From assembly GCF_964213995.1 (NCBI RefSeq), contig NC_135804.1, forward strand, positions 33,914,001 through 33,978,000: 64,000 nt of DNA. The letters run 5' to 3'. Under the pieces are notes generated by a model. It did no database searches and had not been told where the DNA came from. It saw nothing but the letters and a program-made list of their open reading frames with translations. This DNA is from Mustelus asterias. Taxonomy: Eukaryota. The translations under genes were made by a program, and so were the position numbers. Positions 13,577-24,930 of this stretch are shown piece by piece; the stretch's first letter is position 1; each line of letters starts with the position of its first letter.

Positions 13577-13613
13577 CCATCTGACGAAGGAGCTGTGCTC
13601 CGAAAGCTTATGG
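13577..13613 (+). ncRNA. Minimal hammerhead ribozyme motif (Penelope-like fragment about 13570-13668)
   Basis: CCAT CTGACGA AGGAGCTGTGCTCC GAAA GCTT ATGG, followed by the same pLTR tail as the other copies. Confidence 0.68.
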
Positions 13614-14339
13614 TATTTGCTACCAAATAAACCTGTTGGACTTTAACCTGGTGTTGTGAGACTTCTTAGAGGGACATGACCAGACAGTGCCCTGGCAATG
13701 CCCTCTGGCACTGCCCCTTGACACTGGCTGGCACTGCCAGGTTTGCAAGATGCCACCCTGGCAGTGCTAGCCTGGTGGGTACTAGCTCTGACTTGGGGGA
13801 GGCGGTGGGGGGGGGGGGGGTGGTTTGAAAGAGGCCAATGATCGGGGGGTGGGGGCAGTGATCTGGGAGGGGGGAGTTGTGTCGACTTCGATCAGCGCTG
13901 GGGAGGGGAGCCCCTGATACCTCTGTGGTGGGCTGGGGGTGGGGGGGAGATTTATTCAGGTCATGATCGGGGCACCCTTTAAAGATGGTACTCTGATCTC
14001 TGTGCAACCAGGCTTTGCTGGTGTGTTGAGGCCCCGTCCTCCTGTATGGTGGTGTGATTTTTTTTGGCAGAGTGTCGTAAAATCTGGAGAGAAAACTGAC
14101 CAGTTTCTCTGGAGATAAACATGCCGGTTTTCTCAGCGGAAACAACACTCTACCATTGTTTGGTAAGATTTCACCCAGAGTTTACATTATCTGTATCAGG
14201 GTTTAAACTGTCTTTCCATCCATCAGTATTAAAGAACTTCCAAATCAATAGGTCCAAACTATTAATGATACTGAAATCTTAAACATAGAGATGCCTATTC
14301 ATTACATGGAGGAGATTTTCTTTGACAAATCACATTTAC

Positions 14340-14780
14340 CTTCAGGGAAGTTGGTTATTTGGATTTTTTCACTGATGTCCTCAAATGAAACAGTTGGTAG
14401 GTTTTCATTGAGAAGATCAATAAGTGGTCTGCCATCTTTGTCAATGTAGGATTCCAGCAGTGTTGTTACAAACTTCCTTAAGCCAGGATAAAGATCTTTG
14501 GTGTCCTGCAACACCTCGAGAAACTCCGCACATGATTGCTGACCTTTGTGGTTCATTATGTCGAGAAGGGTTCGCCCTTTATCAACGTCTGGTTTCTCTT
14601 GTATTATGTCATGGTCATCTTCAGAGATTATTCTCTTACACATTAAAAGCTTTAGGAGTGGAAGTATGTTGGGACTGATGTAATTCACCACAGTTCGACG
14701 GCCTTCTTCGATTGCATGGATTGCCCAGTCTGCGCGCTTCATTTGTGGTGGAAAATACTTAGTACTGTCACAAGCTCCTG
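14340..14780 (-). CDS. Ig-NLR gene exon 5: CARD (death-fold) domain
   Basis: NAGNAG acceptor TCATTCTTAG|CAG| (both phase 1), donor GAAG|GTAAAT (phase 1); 441 nt. CARD-like pattern: RRTVVNYIS..ILPLLKLLMCKRIISEDDHDIIQ..DKGRTLLDIMNHKGQQSCAEFLEVLQ..LYPGL. Confidence 0.88.
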
Positions 14781-16911
14781 CTAAGAATGATAAGAAATCA
14801 TTTAAAATCAAAAGTGACTGTCAATCAAACAAAACTGTCTAAAAGATTTGAAATTTTGTAGCTAATAAGATGGTATAAGCAAAAAAATAAATGGCTTAAT
14901 TCAACTGCTGTAGAGTTTTGCAATAGTTGTGTCTGGCAAGTTTATATCATGGTTTGAAATACGAATGATTTTCTCCTTTTTTACAGGTTAAGTAATGCAC
15001 ATTCCAAAACAACTTTTTCCCAGCAATCTTATAAGGGTAGTATTATTGTTGATTTTACCAACTCCTACTTGTCTTTGTTCTAATGAACATTTCACGCACT
15101 GACTGAAGTTACTGCTAAGAGCTAAAATGCTAAATGTTAGTGCAGATCAAAGTAGGAATGTCCGTTCTTTTTGAGTGATACCTCCAATTCTGAGCAATGT
15201 AACGAGTATGGTAACGCCAAAAGTTGGTCATACCCACATTTGTTAGTTTAGGACTTTATACACACGGGTCTGGAATTTTTACTGGGTTCTCCAGGAGAGA
15301 GTAGGTGAAACTCAAGGAAAAATTGTGCTAATCATTAATAAATAGCCACTTCTGCCATATCTCCAAATATCCCACAGCAGGAAAATTGGAGGAACCCTGT
15401 GGAATATCGGCGCCATAACTGGTAGCGGGAGAAGAAATAATATTTTACCCTTTTCTTCTACCATGTTTCTTTCCTCTTCCTTTTTAAAAGACAGTATTGA
15501 CAATGGATTTTTTTATTCATTCGTAGATGGTGGACAGGCTTTGGGGAGTTAGGAGATGAGTTACTCACCACAGTATTCCTAGCCTCTGACCTGCTCTTGT
15601 AGCCATTGTGTTAGTGTGGTGAGTCCAGTTGAATTTTTGGTCAATGGTAACCCTAAGGAGATTGACAGTGGGGGATTCAGTGATGGTAACACCATTGAAT
15701 GTCACGGGTCAGTGGTAAGAGCGTCTCTTCCCGGTGATGGTCACTGCCTGGCATTTGTGTGGCACCAATGTTGTCTGTTGCTCTATTTCTTATGTATGAG
15801 CAGACAGTGTGGTAGTTGAGGCTGATCCTGTCCTATCTGACATTCACACGTGCTGACTTTCAGCAAGGGTTTTAAGACAACTCAGATGCTGAGGTTGAAT
15901 TTGGTACACCCACCCCCACCAGACCATAGATAAACTAATTCTGAAGACAACAGGAATTGAACCTGGAATCCGCTTAGTCAAGAAGTAACCATTTACAGGG
16001 TATATTTTGTTGTTTGGAAAGTTAAAGAGAAAGCTTCCAGAATACCTAGACTATTTGGGTAATATGGTCCCATTGCACTGTAGACATCTAGAATTTCAGG
16101 TGTAAGGCATTCTAAAATTCATGCACAATTCCAGCAGAATTGGCTGCAGACAGAAGACCCTGCCTTTCACAGAGTGCTATATGTTTACTAGTAAAAGGAT
16201 AATAAGAGCAAAAGCCGCTGTCTCAAAAATTCCATCATTTATATCAGAATTACACTTCATTTGCCTCAAAGTGGTAGAAACATGAATTTAGTTGCCTGAT
16301 TAACAATTTCTGTTTGAAACATCGATGTTAAATAAAGAAATCAGAAGAATCTATTGCAGTTGGATAATGTAAAAATGATTGTACAAACTTCTGATCAGCA
16401 CTTTAGGCAGGAAATGTTTCTTTCCCACCCTCCTGTTATGGAGTCTTTATCATGGGGTTCGCGATGCGCGGTCCTGCATAATGGTCTTATTGAGGGGCAG
16501 AAGGGAGCTGGAAGAAGAAGAAATAATGGAGGCTTACAGAATGGCTGCACCATTTAGAGAAGATGACCAACTAGGAGGGATACTTCCAACAGTATTAACA
16601 AACCACTTCACTCTAGGTAGTGCTGCATTCTTGTCAAATCCTGTGAAGTGCTTTGGAAAATGTTACTAAATATGTAGTTGTTCCTGTAGTTATTAAAATA
16701 ATAAGAAGAATTCAAATAAATTTGCTTAATCTGATATACTAACATTGGACACAATAAAGCATAGTCTATGATATACACAACTGTGTACTGTCAAATGATC
16801 TCTCTTTTATTATTTAATCATGCCCCATCATTTTGGCACAGATTAAAACAATTCTAGTTTTCTTTAATTTCTTTTCTGATCTTATCGTGCAGTAGAATAA
16901 CAGCAACTCAC

Positions 16912-17340
16912 CTTTGATTTCTAAAAAAACTACTTTTGAAACTCTTTGTTTTATAGCATTATGCTGAACTTCAAAAGAATACACCAGCTTCTTGTTTGTA
17001 GCTTCTGTAGTTCTGATGGTAAGCTGAGATATTAAGCTGTATGCCCCACTCCCTTGGTGTTCTTTCAAAGTCATGGCAATGTCATGTTCTCCTTCCAGTG
17101 TTTTGTCTTGTTCCTGCTCACTCTGATAATCTTCTATTCTACTGAATTCACGTTGTCTTATAGATGATGAAGTGCTGTTCCATTTACTGACGAGAACTCT
17201 CTGGGATTTACCTTCTTCTTCTCTGTACCAAGAGGCACTGATAGCTTTTGGTTTGAACCAGAGAACCGCACAAACCAGAGAGAGGGGATCATCCATATGG
17301 AGGTGGTTTGATTTAACAATGTCTGTCACTTTGGGAGCAA
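16912..17340 (-). CDS. Ig-NLR gene exon 4: divergent Ig C1-like domain (alternative upstream acceptor at 17442 from a 102-bp duplication)
   Basis: Acceptor TGTTTTTCAG|, donor |GTGAGT; 429 nt (531 nt from the upstream acceptor), phase 1-1. Motifs APKV, LVCAVLWFKPKAISASW, GAYSLISQL, YSFEVQH (second Cys replaced by Phe); long charged insertion. Confidence 0.85.
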
Positions 17341-17468
17341 CTGAAAAACAAAGAGAAACAGAATCAACCGCACAAACCAGAGAGAGGGGATCATCCATAT
17401 GGAGGTGGTTTGATTTAACAATGTCTGTCACTTTGGGAGCAACTGAAAAACAAAGAGAAACAGAATCA
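17264..17468. repeat. Perfect 102-bp tandem duplication spanning the exon 4 splice acceptor
   Basis: Identical units start at 17264 and 17366; 34 codons, frame-preserving. Confidence 0.95.
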
Positions 17469-17644
17469 CCCAGTTACGCATCTTTCAGGACTCAACATTG
17501 AGTTCAACAACTTTAGACTGTGACCTTTCTCCTCCTTCTTATATCTCAAACGTTTTTTGTTCCTTTGTAAAAACCCTCTCTTCCCCGGGTCAATGGTCAC
17601 TTTTTCTTAAGTTTTGCTGCATTGTTCTTGCAATCTCTCCCAGC

Positions 17645-18890
17645 TCCTAATAGTCATTAGTACAGAAACGGTGTTGGAGAAATTGATGGATTTGAAGACT
17701 GCTAAATCCCCAGGGGTTGATAATCTCCATCCCACACTACATAAAGAAGTGGCCCTAGAAATAGTGGATGCATTGGTGGTCATCTTCCAAGATTCTATAG
17801 ACTCTGGAACAGTTCCTATGGATTGGAGGGTAGCTAATGTAACCCCTTTATTTAAAAAGGAAGTAAAGAGAAAACAGGGAATAATAGACCAATCAGTAGT
17901 GAGTAAATGCTAGAGTCCATTATAAAAGATTTACTAGCAGAGCACTTGGAAAACAGTGGCAGGATTAGACAGAGTCAGCATGGATTGACGAAAGGGAAAT
18001 CACCACAAATCTACTGGAATTATTTGAGGATGTAACTAGTTGAGTTGATGAAGGGGAGCCAGTGAATGTGGGGTATTTGGACTTTCGGAAGGCTTTCAAC
18101 AAAGTCCCACATAAGAGATTAGCATGTAAAATTAAATGTCCCCGCCATTTTAAATTTATTTTCATGTTCCATAATCTTTGAATAGAAGCTAGGTGATGTC
18201 CTGTGACTGATCCGATTGGGTGGCAATAGTCAATCCCCATGGACAGAAGCTGATTTCTCTCCTGGAATGCTGGCACATGGGTTGAGAAAACTGATGGGTT
18301 CAGGAACCTGATGAATAATTTCCGGGTTCAACCCAACATCTCAGCTATCTCACTACCAGGTGCCACTTTTAAATGCACTCAATGTAAACAGATGTTCAGG
18401 TCTCCCCACTTTGTACTCGACAGTTGTGTGCTTACATGCACTAGGCCCTTCAGGATTGTGAAATTCCCTTTTGAAAAGTTTAGGCCTACACTCTCTGGAA
18501 TTTAGAAGAATGAGGGGAGATCAAATTGAGGTATATAAGATGATAAAAGGTATGGATACGGTAGACGTGGAGCGGATGCTTCCTCTTGTGGGGCATTCTA
18601 GGATGAGTGGTCATAGTCTTAGGATAAGGGGTAGAAAATTTAAAGGAGAGTTGAGAAGAAACTACTTCTCCCAAAGGGTTGTGAATCTGTGGAATTCACT
18701 ACCCCAAAGTGCGGTGGATGATGGAACAGTGAGTAAATTTGAGGAGTTAGACAGATTTTTAATTGGTAATGGATTGAAGGGTTATGGGGAGAAGGCAGGA
18801 AAATGGGTCGAGGAGCTTATCAGCCATGATCGAATGGCGGAGCGAACTCAATGGGCCAAATGGCCTAATTCTGCTCCTATATCTTATGAA
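17645..18890 (+). mobile_element. CR1-like LINE fragments (17645-18140 and 18480-18890)
   Basis: KSPGVDNLHP...DWRVANVTPLFKK and SLEFRRMRGD...RVVNLWNSLP. Confidence 0.82.
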
Positions 18891-21612
18891 CTTACGAAAA
18901 AGTGCAGCTTGTACAGCACAAGGTCAATACCCTGAAATACTCCACCTTACGACAGCCTCACAACCACATAAAATACTGTGCTTCAAGGACACAGACCACC
19001 ACTGTCTTTTCAGGGCAATAAATGAAGCCTTGCCAAAGTCACCAGCATTTCGAAAACAAGCTGACAAAAGAGTGATTATTCACCTTTTCTGTTACTGCTG
19101 TACAAAAGAAGTGTTGCAACGCAAACAGCTGTGGTGATCACAGAAGTTAGGAGAAAAGTGAGCAATATTCTTGATCTTGCCCTGGATCCTGTACAAATGC
19201 AAAACCAGAGAGGCATTATTGATTGTTCACTGCTCTTTCTCTGTGCTTAAAACAAAAGTTTTAAATTTACTTGCAGGGCAGCATCGCGCCTGAATAATTG
19301 AAAGAACCTTTCAATGACAAATGACGCAGTAACTCCTGCTTCATTCACAATGAAGTGAAACGACCAACACATTAGCTGGAAAATCAAGTGGTCTCCATCT
19401 TAAAGAATATTCTTTGACATTTTAAAACAAACCTGTATTTCACTACTTCATAAATGGAATTCTTTCAACTAGAGTGGAAACGTGAAACTTGTGACAGTTC
19501 AGTGTGTGCCATAACCATTTAGATTGTGAGGTCAAGATGAAAATAATTATTTATTGATCCAATATTCTACCCAGTCCCACTCTGCACCCAGGATATGCTA
19601 CACCTGACACTCCAGGCCCTCATTTAGATTGTAGTACTTTTTTCCTTTTCTACCTTAAGGACCTTAAGGCAAGATATTAAAAATGGGATATGGTGATAAA
19701 AATAAAAGTCAGATGTTGACAAGTAGCACTACAACATGAGAATATATTATAAAAGAACAGCTTTGGGAACATTTTTAAAACCTTACATTTATACGCTTAC
19801 ACCTAGGCATACAACAGATCGGCTTCCTATGGCTTGTGTGTAAGATCCAAGACCAAACCCTGTAACGGTCAAAGAGGCACCAAAGAGAAATGCTCCAGCT
19901 TACACCGATTTGTCATTGAAAACCATGGAGGATAAGTCACTATAATGCTGACATTCTTCTTTGATAAAGTCACTCAAATACACACAAAGCAATTGGGACC
20001 TGGGACAATTAGAAGACCAAGGTGTGTGGCATGACACAAGCCACTCTAAGTAGGTTCTTCCACCAAGCTGGAGGCTGAAGTCTGTCTAATAGCTTCTGAT
20101 AAAACTGGGACTTGTGATGACTAATGCTGGAAGATGTGAAATGGAAGCAATGCTCTATGTTTCCAAGGCTCAGTACCCAAGATGATTGGCTTGCCAAGAG
20201 TTACTCTCAAGTTATATAATCATATATAGTGTGACATATGATGTGTGCCAATGTTGTGGTCAGGAAGATAATGGCAATGTACTTGTACGTTTTAATGTCC
20301 GTTCTAATGCTTACTTCACCATTTTGAGCAGCACTTGCTCTTGCTAAGCACTGGGCACAACCTGTATTTTTTAATTGTTTATTGGCAAAATAACGACAGT
20401 CTCCTTCAGGCGGAGGAAGTAATCAGATCCCTTTGGGATCAAGGGGGTTCCACAATGATACAAGTGATGGTAGAAATTCAGAACTAATGAGTGAAATGGA
20501 TTCCAAGCACCGAGAGAAATGACTCCTCATCTAGCCTGGCTCACTAATTGATCCTAGATGGCGTAGACTTGTCACTGGAGGCTGGAAATGTTCCCACTGG
20601 TTTGTAGAATTATCTGGAGTCAATGGCCAGAATTTTACCACCTCGCCCTCTACAAGAATTGGAACGGGCGAGAGGCGGACAATAGGAAAGTCTGTTGCAC
20701 CTCGGGCTGGATTTTACGGTTTCGGGACGAACAAGGTCGTAAACTCCCGCCCATTGAGTGTGCTTTAACTGCAAGGCACTTCTATGTACACTTGGGGGTA
20801 ACAAAACCCTGGCTCCGTTGACCTAAACTTTCTGGACTTAGGGGGATGAGTTGTGCTCCAAAGGGGAATGTGTGTGAGTTCTGTATTGAAATTCTATCTG
20901 TCGTTTCACTCAGATATTCTCAAACATGTTCACAAATCTTTGAGTCTGCTGATAGCTGAACAATCAAAAAATAGATTATTTGGTTGAATACTCACTCAGG
21001 CTAATTAAAAAAGAACTTTTTGTTCCTAATAGTAAAATAATTGTTCCCTTGCAAATTTTGACATGGGGTACAACAGAATCCACTTAGAAATTCCATATCA
21101 TTCAGATATAATATTGAAATTGCTTTGTTGTCTTTTCATTTCTAATAAATTCATATGAAAGTTCATCAGTATTTCTATCCCTGTGTGTTGTGAAAAACAT
21201 TCACAAATACATTTCAATGAACAGATGAGCAATGAACAATTTGAACAATGAAGAAAAACTGGGCCTAAATGTAAATATGGCAAGGCTCATTGGAAAGAAT
21301 AGGGGATTTTAAGGCCTCACTCGTCCCAAAACCGTAAAATCCCACTCGAGGTCAACGGACCTTTCCATTGTCTGCCCCCTCGCTCCAATTCCCGTGGCGG
21401 GTGGGATGGTAAAATTCCGGCCTAGATGTCTACATGTGCAGGAACCAAATAATGTCCTTAATTTGTAATGATCCATTTGTGTGGCTCAGTTACACAAATT
21501 CAAGCCAAGGTTTCCTAAGTGAAAGTAAATTCCAATTCATACCACATTAGATTCGAAAAATGAAATATTTCTCGCCATTTACTAGATACCATTCTCCTTT
21601 ATTATTACTCAC

Positions 21613-21942
21613 CCTTGATGGTCAAACTAACAACTCTTTGTAAAGGTGTCTCTAAAGCTTCATGACTAATTTTGCAGACATAAGATGCTCCATCATCTGC
21701 CTGGGTGCCTTTGACAATCAGGAATGAAAGCTGATTAAACGTTCCATCTTGATTTTGCTGAGGTTTTCCCGCAATCGCTCTTGATGTGAGGTCAACTTGG
21801 TTTTCGCTGTCCTTTGAGCCACGTTTAAACCAAGAGATAGAGTGGTTTTCTGGATAAAAATGTTTCATCTCACAAATGATTGTTTTATCTTCCCCAAGTT
21901 CAACGTCTATGTTTACGGTGTTTACTGAAACCGTAGGAGGTA
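21613..21942 (-). CDS. Ig-NLR gene exon 3: Ig C1-set domain
   Basis: Acceptor TTTTTTTCTTGGTAG|, donor |GTGAGT; 330 nt, phase 1-1. C1 motifs: PPTVSV, ICEMKHFYPENHSISW, QNQDGTF, YVCKISHEAL. Confidence 0.92.
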
Positions 21943-22397
21943 CTACCAAGAAAAAAAGGAATTAAAATAAATTTTATGTTCCTTTTATTAGATATCTCCT
22001 TAAAAATGCAACATGGTCATGTTAGCCATGCATAGAAATGGGTGCAGGCAATTTAACCCCTCAAGCCTGTTTTGCCATTGAATGTGCTTATGGTTGATCT
22101 GAGACCTTATTTCATGTACCCACCTGAGCCCCATATGCATTAATACTTATGGCCAACAAAAATTAGGTTATAATAAAAAAAAATGCTGGATAAATGAAGT
22201 AGGCTGGCAAAGTAACATGGACTCGAAATGTTAACTCTGTTTCTCTCGCCACATCCAGCATTTTCTTTATGTATTTCAGAATTCCAACATCCACAGTATT
22301 TTTTTTTTAAATATAAAAATTAGGCTATCTCAGGTTTAAATTTACAATTGATCTTGCGTTAATTACTTTCTTCAAAAGAGATTTCCAAACCTATTTT

Positions 22398-22692
22398 GTT
22401 TATTTATTAGTGTCACAAGTAGGCTTACATTAACACTACAATGAAGTTTCTGTGAAAATCCCCTAGTTGCCACACTCCGGTGCCTGCTCGGGTAGACTGA
22501 GGGAGAATTTAGCAAGGCCAATGCACCTAACCAGCATGTGTTTCGGACTGTGGGAGGAAACCGGAGCACCCGGAGGAAACCCACGCAGACACGGGGAGAA
22601 CATGCAGACTCCACACAGACAGTGACCCAAGCCGGGAATTGAACCCAGGTCCCTGGCACTGTGAGGCAGCAATGCTAACCACTGTACCACCT
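22398..22692 (-). mobile_element. HE1-like SINE
   Basis: Reverse complement of the 7081 subfamily. Confidence 0.85.
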
Positions 22693-23210
22693 GTGGTACC
22701 TCTACCACCATGTGCATAAAGAAGTGCTTTCCTATTTCACTTCTGTAAGCTCTGGCTCTAATTTTAGACTATGCCCCTCCACCCGCCCTCCACTCCCCCT
22801 TTCCCCACATTGTATACTCAACCAGTGAATTTAATTCCCCTCTATCTAAATCCCCTTAGTACAGTGTCTTGGAATTCATAAATTATTAAATTTCTGTCAG
22901 AAGAGGATATTCTGACCTGTTGACATGTCCACTCAGAATGAAACTGCAACTGCTCAGTTGCAGTTTCATTCATAACTATCCCAAGTATCCCTACAATTCT
23001 ATGGAAGTTTCTATAATTGACTATCAGATGGAGTAGATGTTTTGCCCAGCTGTTCATGTTTGCTGAGGATAAACAACGTTACCCCAGCTCACATTGCTGT
23101 TTCTGGTTTTTTATACTTCCTAAAAGATGTAATTTTCCATGGATACTGCACAGTTGTAACAGTATCACATAGCCAATTAAAATACCTACTCTGTGAGTCA
23201 TGAAATATAC

Positions 23211-23473
23211 CATTCCCACAGTTCTATCCACATCCATAACTATTCCTAGTATTCCTACAATTCTATCTGTAACCATAACTATTCTTAGTATTCCTACAAT
23301 TCTACCTGTATCCATAACTATTCCTAATATTCCTACAATTCTATATTTATCCATAACTATTCCTAATATTCCTACAATTCTATATTTATCCATAACTATT
23401 CCTAATATTCCTACAATTCTATATTTATCCATAACTATTCCTAATATTCCTACAATTCTATCTATATCCATAA
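23211..23473. repeat. 39-bp minisatellite (CCATAACTATTCCTAATATTCCTACAATTCTATATTTAT)n
   Basis: About 6.5 tandem copies; one related copy near 22971-23003. Confidence 0.9.
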
Positions 23474-24930
23474 CAGGCACTGTTATACCCAATACCCAAA
23501 CAGGCACTGGAGTGTGGCCACGAGGGGATTTTCATAGTAACTTCATTGCAGTGTTAATGTAAGCATACTTGGAACACTAATAAACTTAGCTTAAGAGTGG
23601 AAGCTTTTGTTAATTCAATTTTACTGCATCCTGTGGGTACTGCATATCCTATGGGAAAGCATTGAATTGCTTACAGCAATTTCTGGATATCTGCATTTAA
23701 TTGCGCATGTGTAGACTTCAGATGTGTAATTATGGTGAATGCTAACATGGTTCATTGTCATAACGACCAACAATTTAGTGCCTTTAACGTCCCAAAGTAC
23801 TTCACAGGTGCATTATAACACAAAATATTAAAACTGAGCCAGACCTCTGTAAGGTCATATCAGGTCAGATAACAACTATTTGATCAAAGAGGTAGGTTTT
23901 AAGAAGTGTAGATGTTTTGAAGATGGAAATTGAGGTGGTGAGGTGAGAGGTGAGTGCAGATATCTGAAAGGGCTGTGGGGCAGGAAGGAAAAGGTTACAA
24001 AGATAGGAGGGGTTGAGGCCATGGAGAGATTTGAAAACAAGATCAAAAATTTTAAAATCAAGATGTTGTTTTAACTGGAACCAACACAAGTCAGCGAGCA
24101 CAGGGGTGATAGGTTAACTGGATTTGCTGAGTTAATATATGGACAGCAGATAGGTTTACGTAAGGTAGAATATGGAAGGCCAACCTGTAAAGCATTGTCA
24201 GGTTTAGCGATAACAAAGGCATGAATGAGCCTTTTTTTAAAGCAGAAATTGAGCTGTGATGGGGCAAAATCGGGAAATACTATGGAGGTAGAAATAGGCA
24301 GTCTTTGTGACTGTGCAAATATGTGCTCATCTCAGGCACAAATTCCAGGAAGGTGAATGGGACACCGATTGCAGGTCAGGTAGAATACTGATTAGAGCTT
24401 CCTCCAAATGGCACAACAACATGGTTACGCCCAATGTTCTGAGGTCACTCCCATACAACCTAACAAACCTCATGGGAAATGCAGACACGGTTCACTTTAA
24501 CAGATTGAATGATTGAAACAAAAGAAATGGAAATCACATTTATATAGTGTTTTTAAAGACGACTGGACATCTCAAAGCATTTTACAGCCAATTAATTTCT
24601 TTTAAAACTGTAGCTCCTGCTGCAATGTAGGAAGCGACTTTCACACAGCAAACTCCCACAAACAATAATCTTTCACCTATTTTTCATGACACAAAGCTGC
24701 AACTGAAATTTTCCAATCAATAAATTGTAATTAGATCCATTACATTTGGATTACGTATATGAACGTAAGAATTAGGAGCTGGAGGAGGCCATTCGGCCCC
24801 TCGGGCCTTCTCCGTCATTCAATAAGATCATGGCTGATCTGATTGTGACCTCAACTTCACATTCCCACCTACCCCTTATATCCTTTGACTCCCTCTGCCT
24901 TAAAAAAACATTCAATGACCCTGCTACCCC

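Noticed and set aside
7538-14780. Calling the NLR NOD1, NOD2 or NLRC3
   Set aside because: The architecture is NLRC-like, but I cannot recognise orthology from sequence alone; a phylogeny is needed.
15312-15503. Semi-hydrophobic ORF as the missing transmembrane exon
   Set aside because: Hydrophobic runs are broken by Pro, His, Arg and Asp, and I found no suitable phase 1-1 splice sites.
23079-23562. Repetitive 142/120-aa ORFs, or a CRISPR-like array
   Set aside because: Simple tandem minisatellite without unique spacers, in a vertebrate intron.
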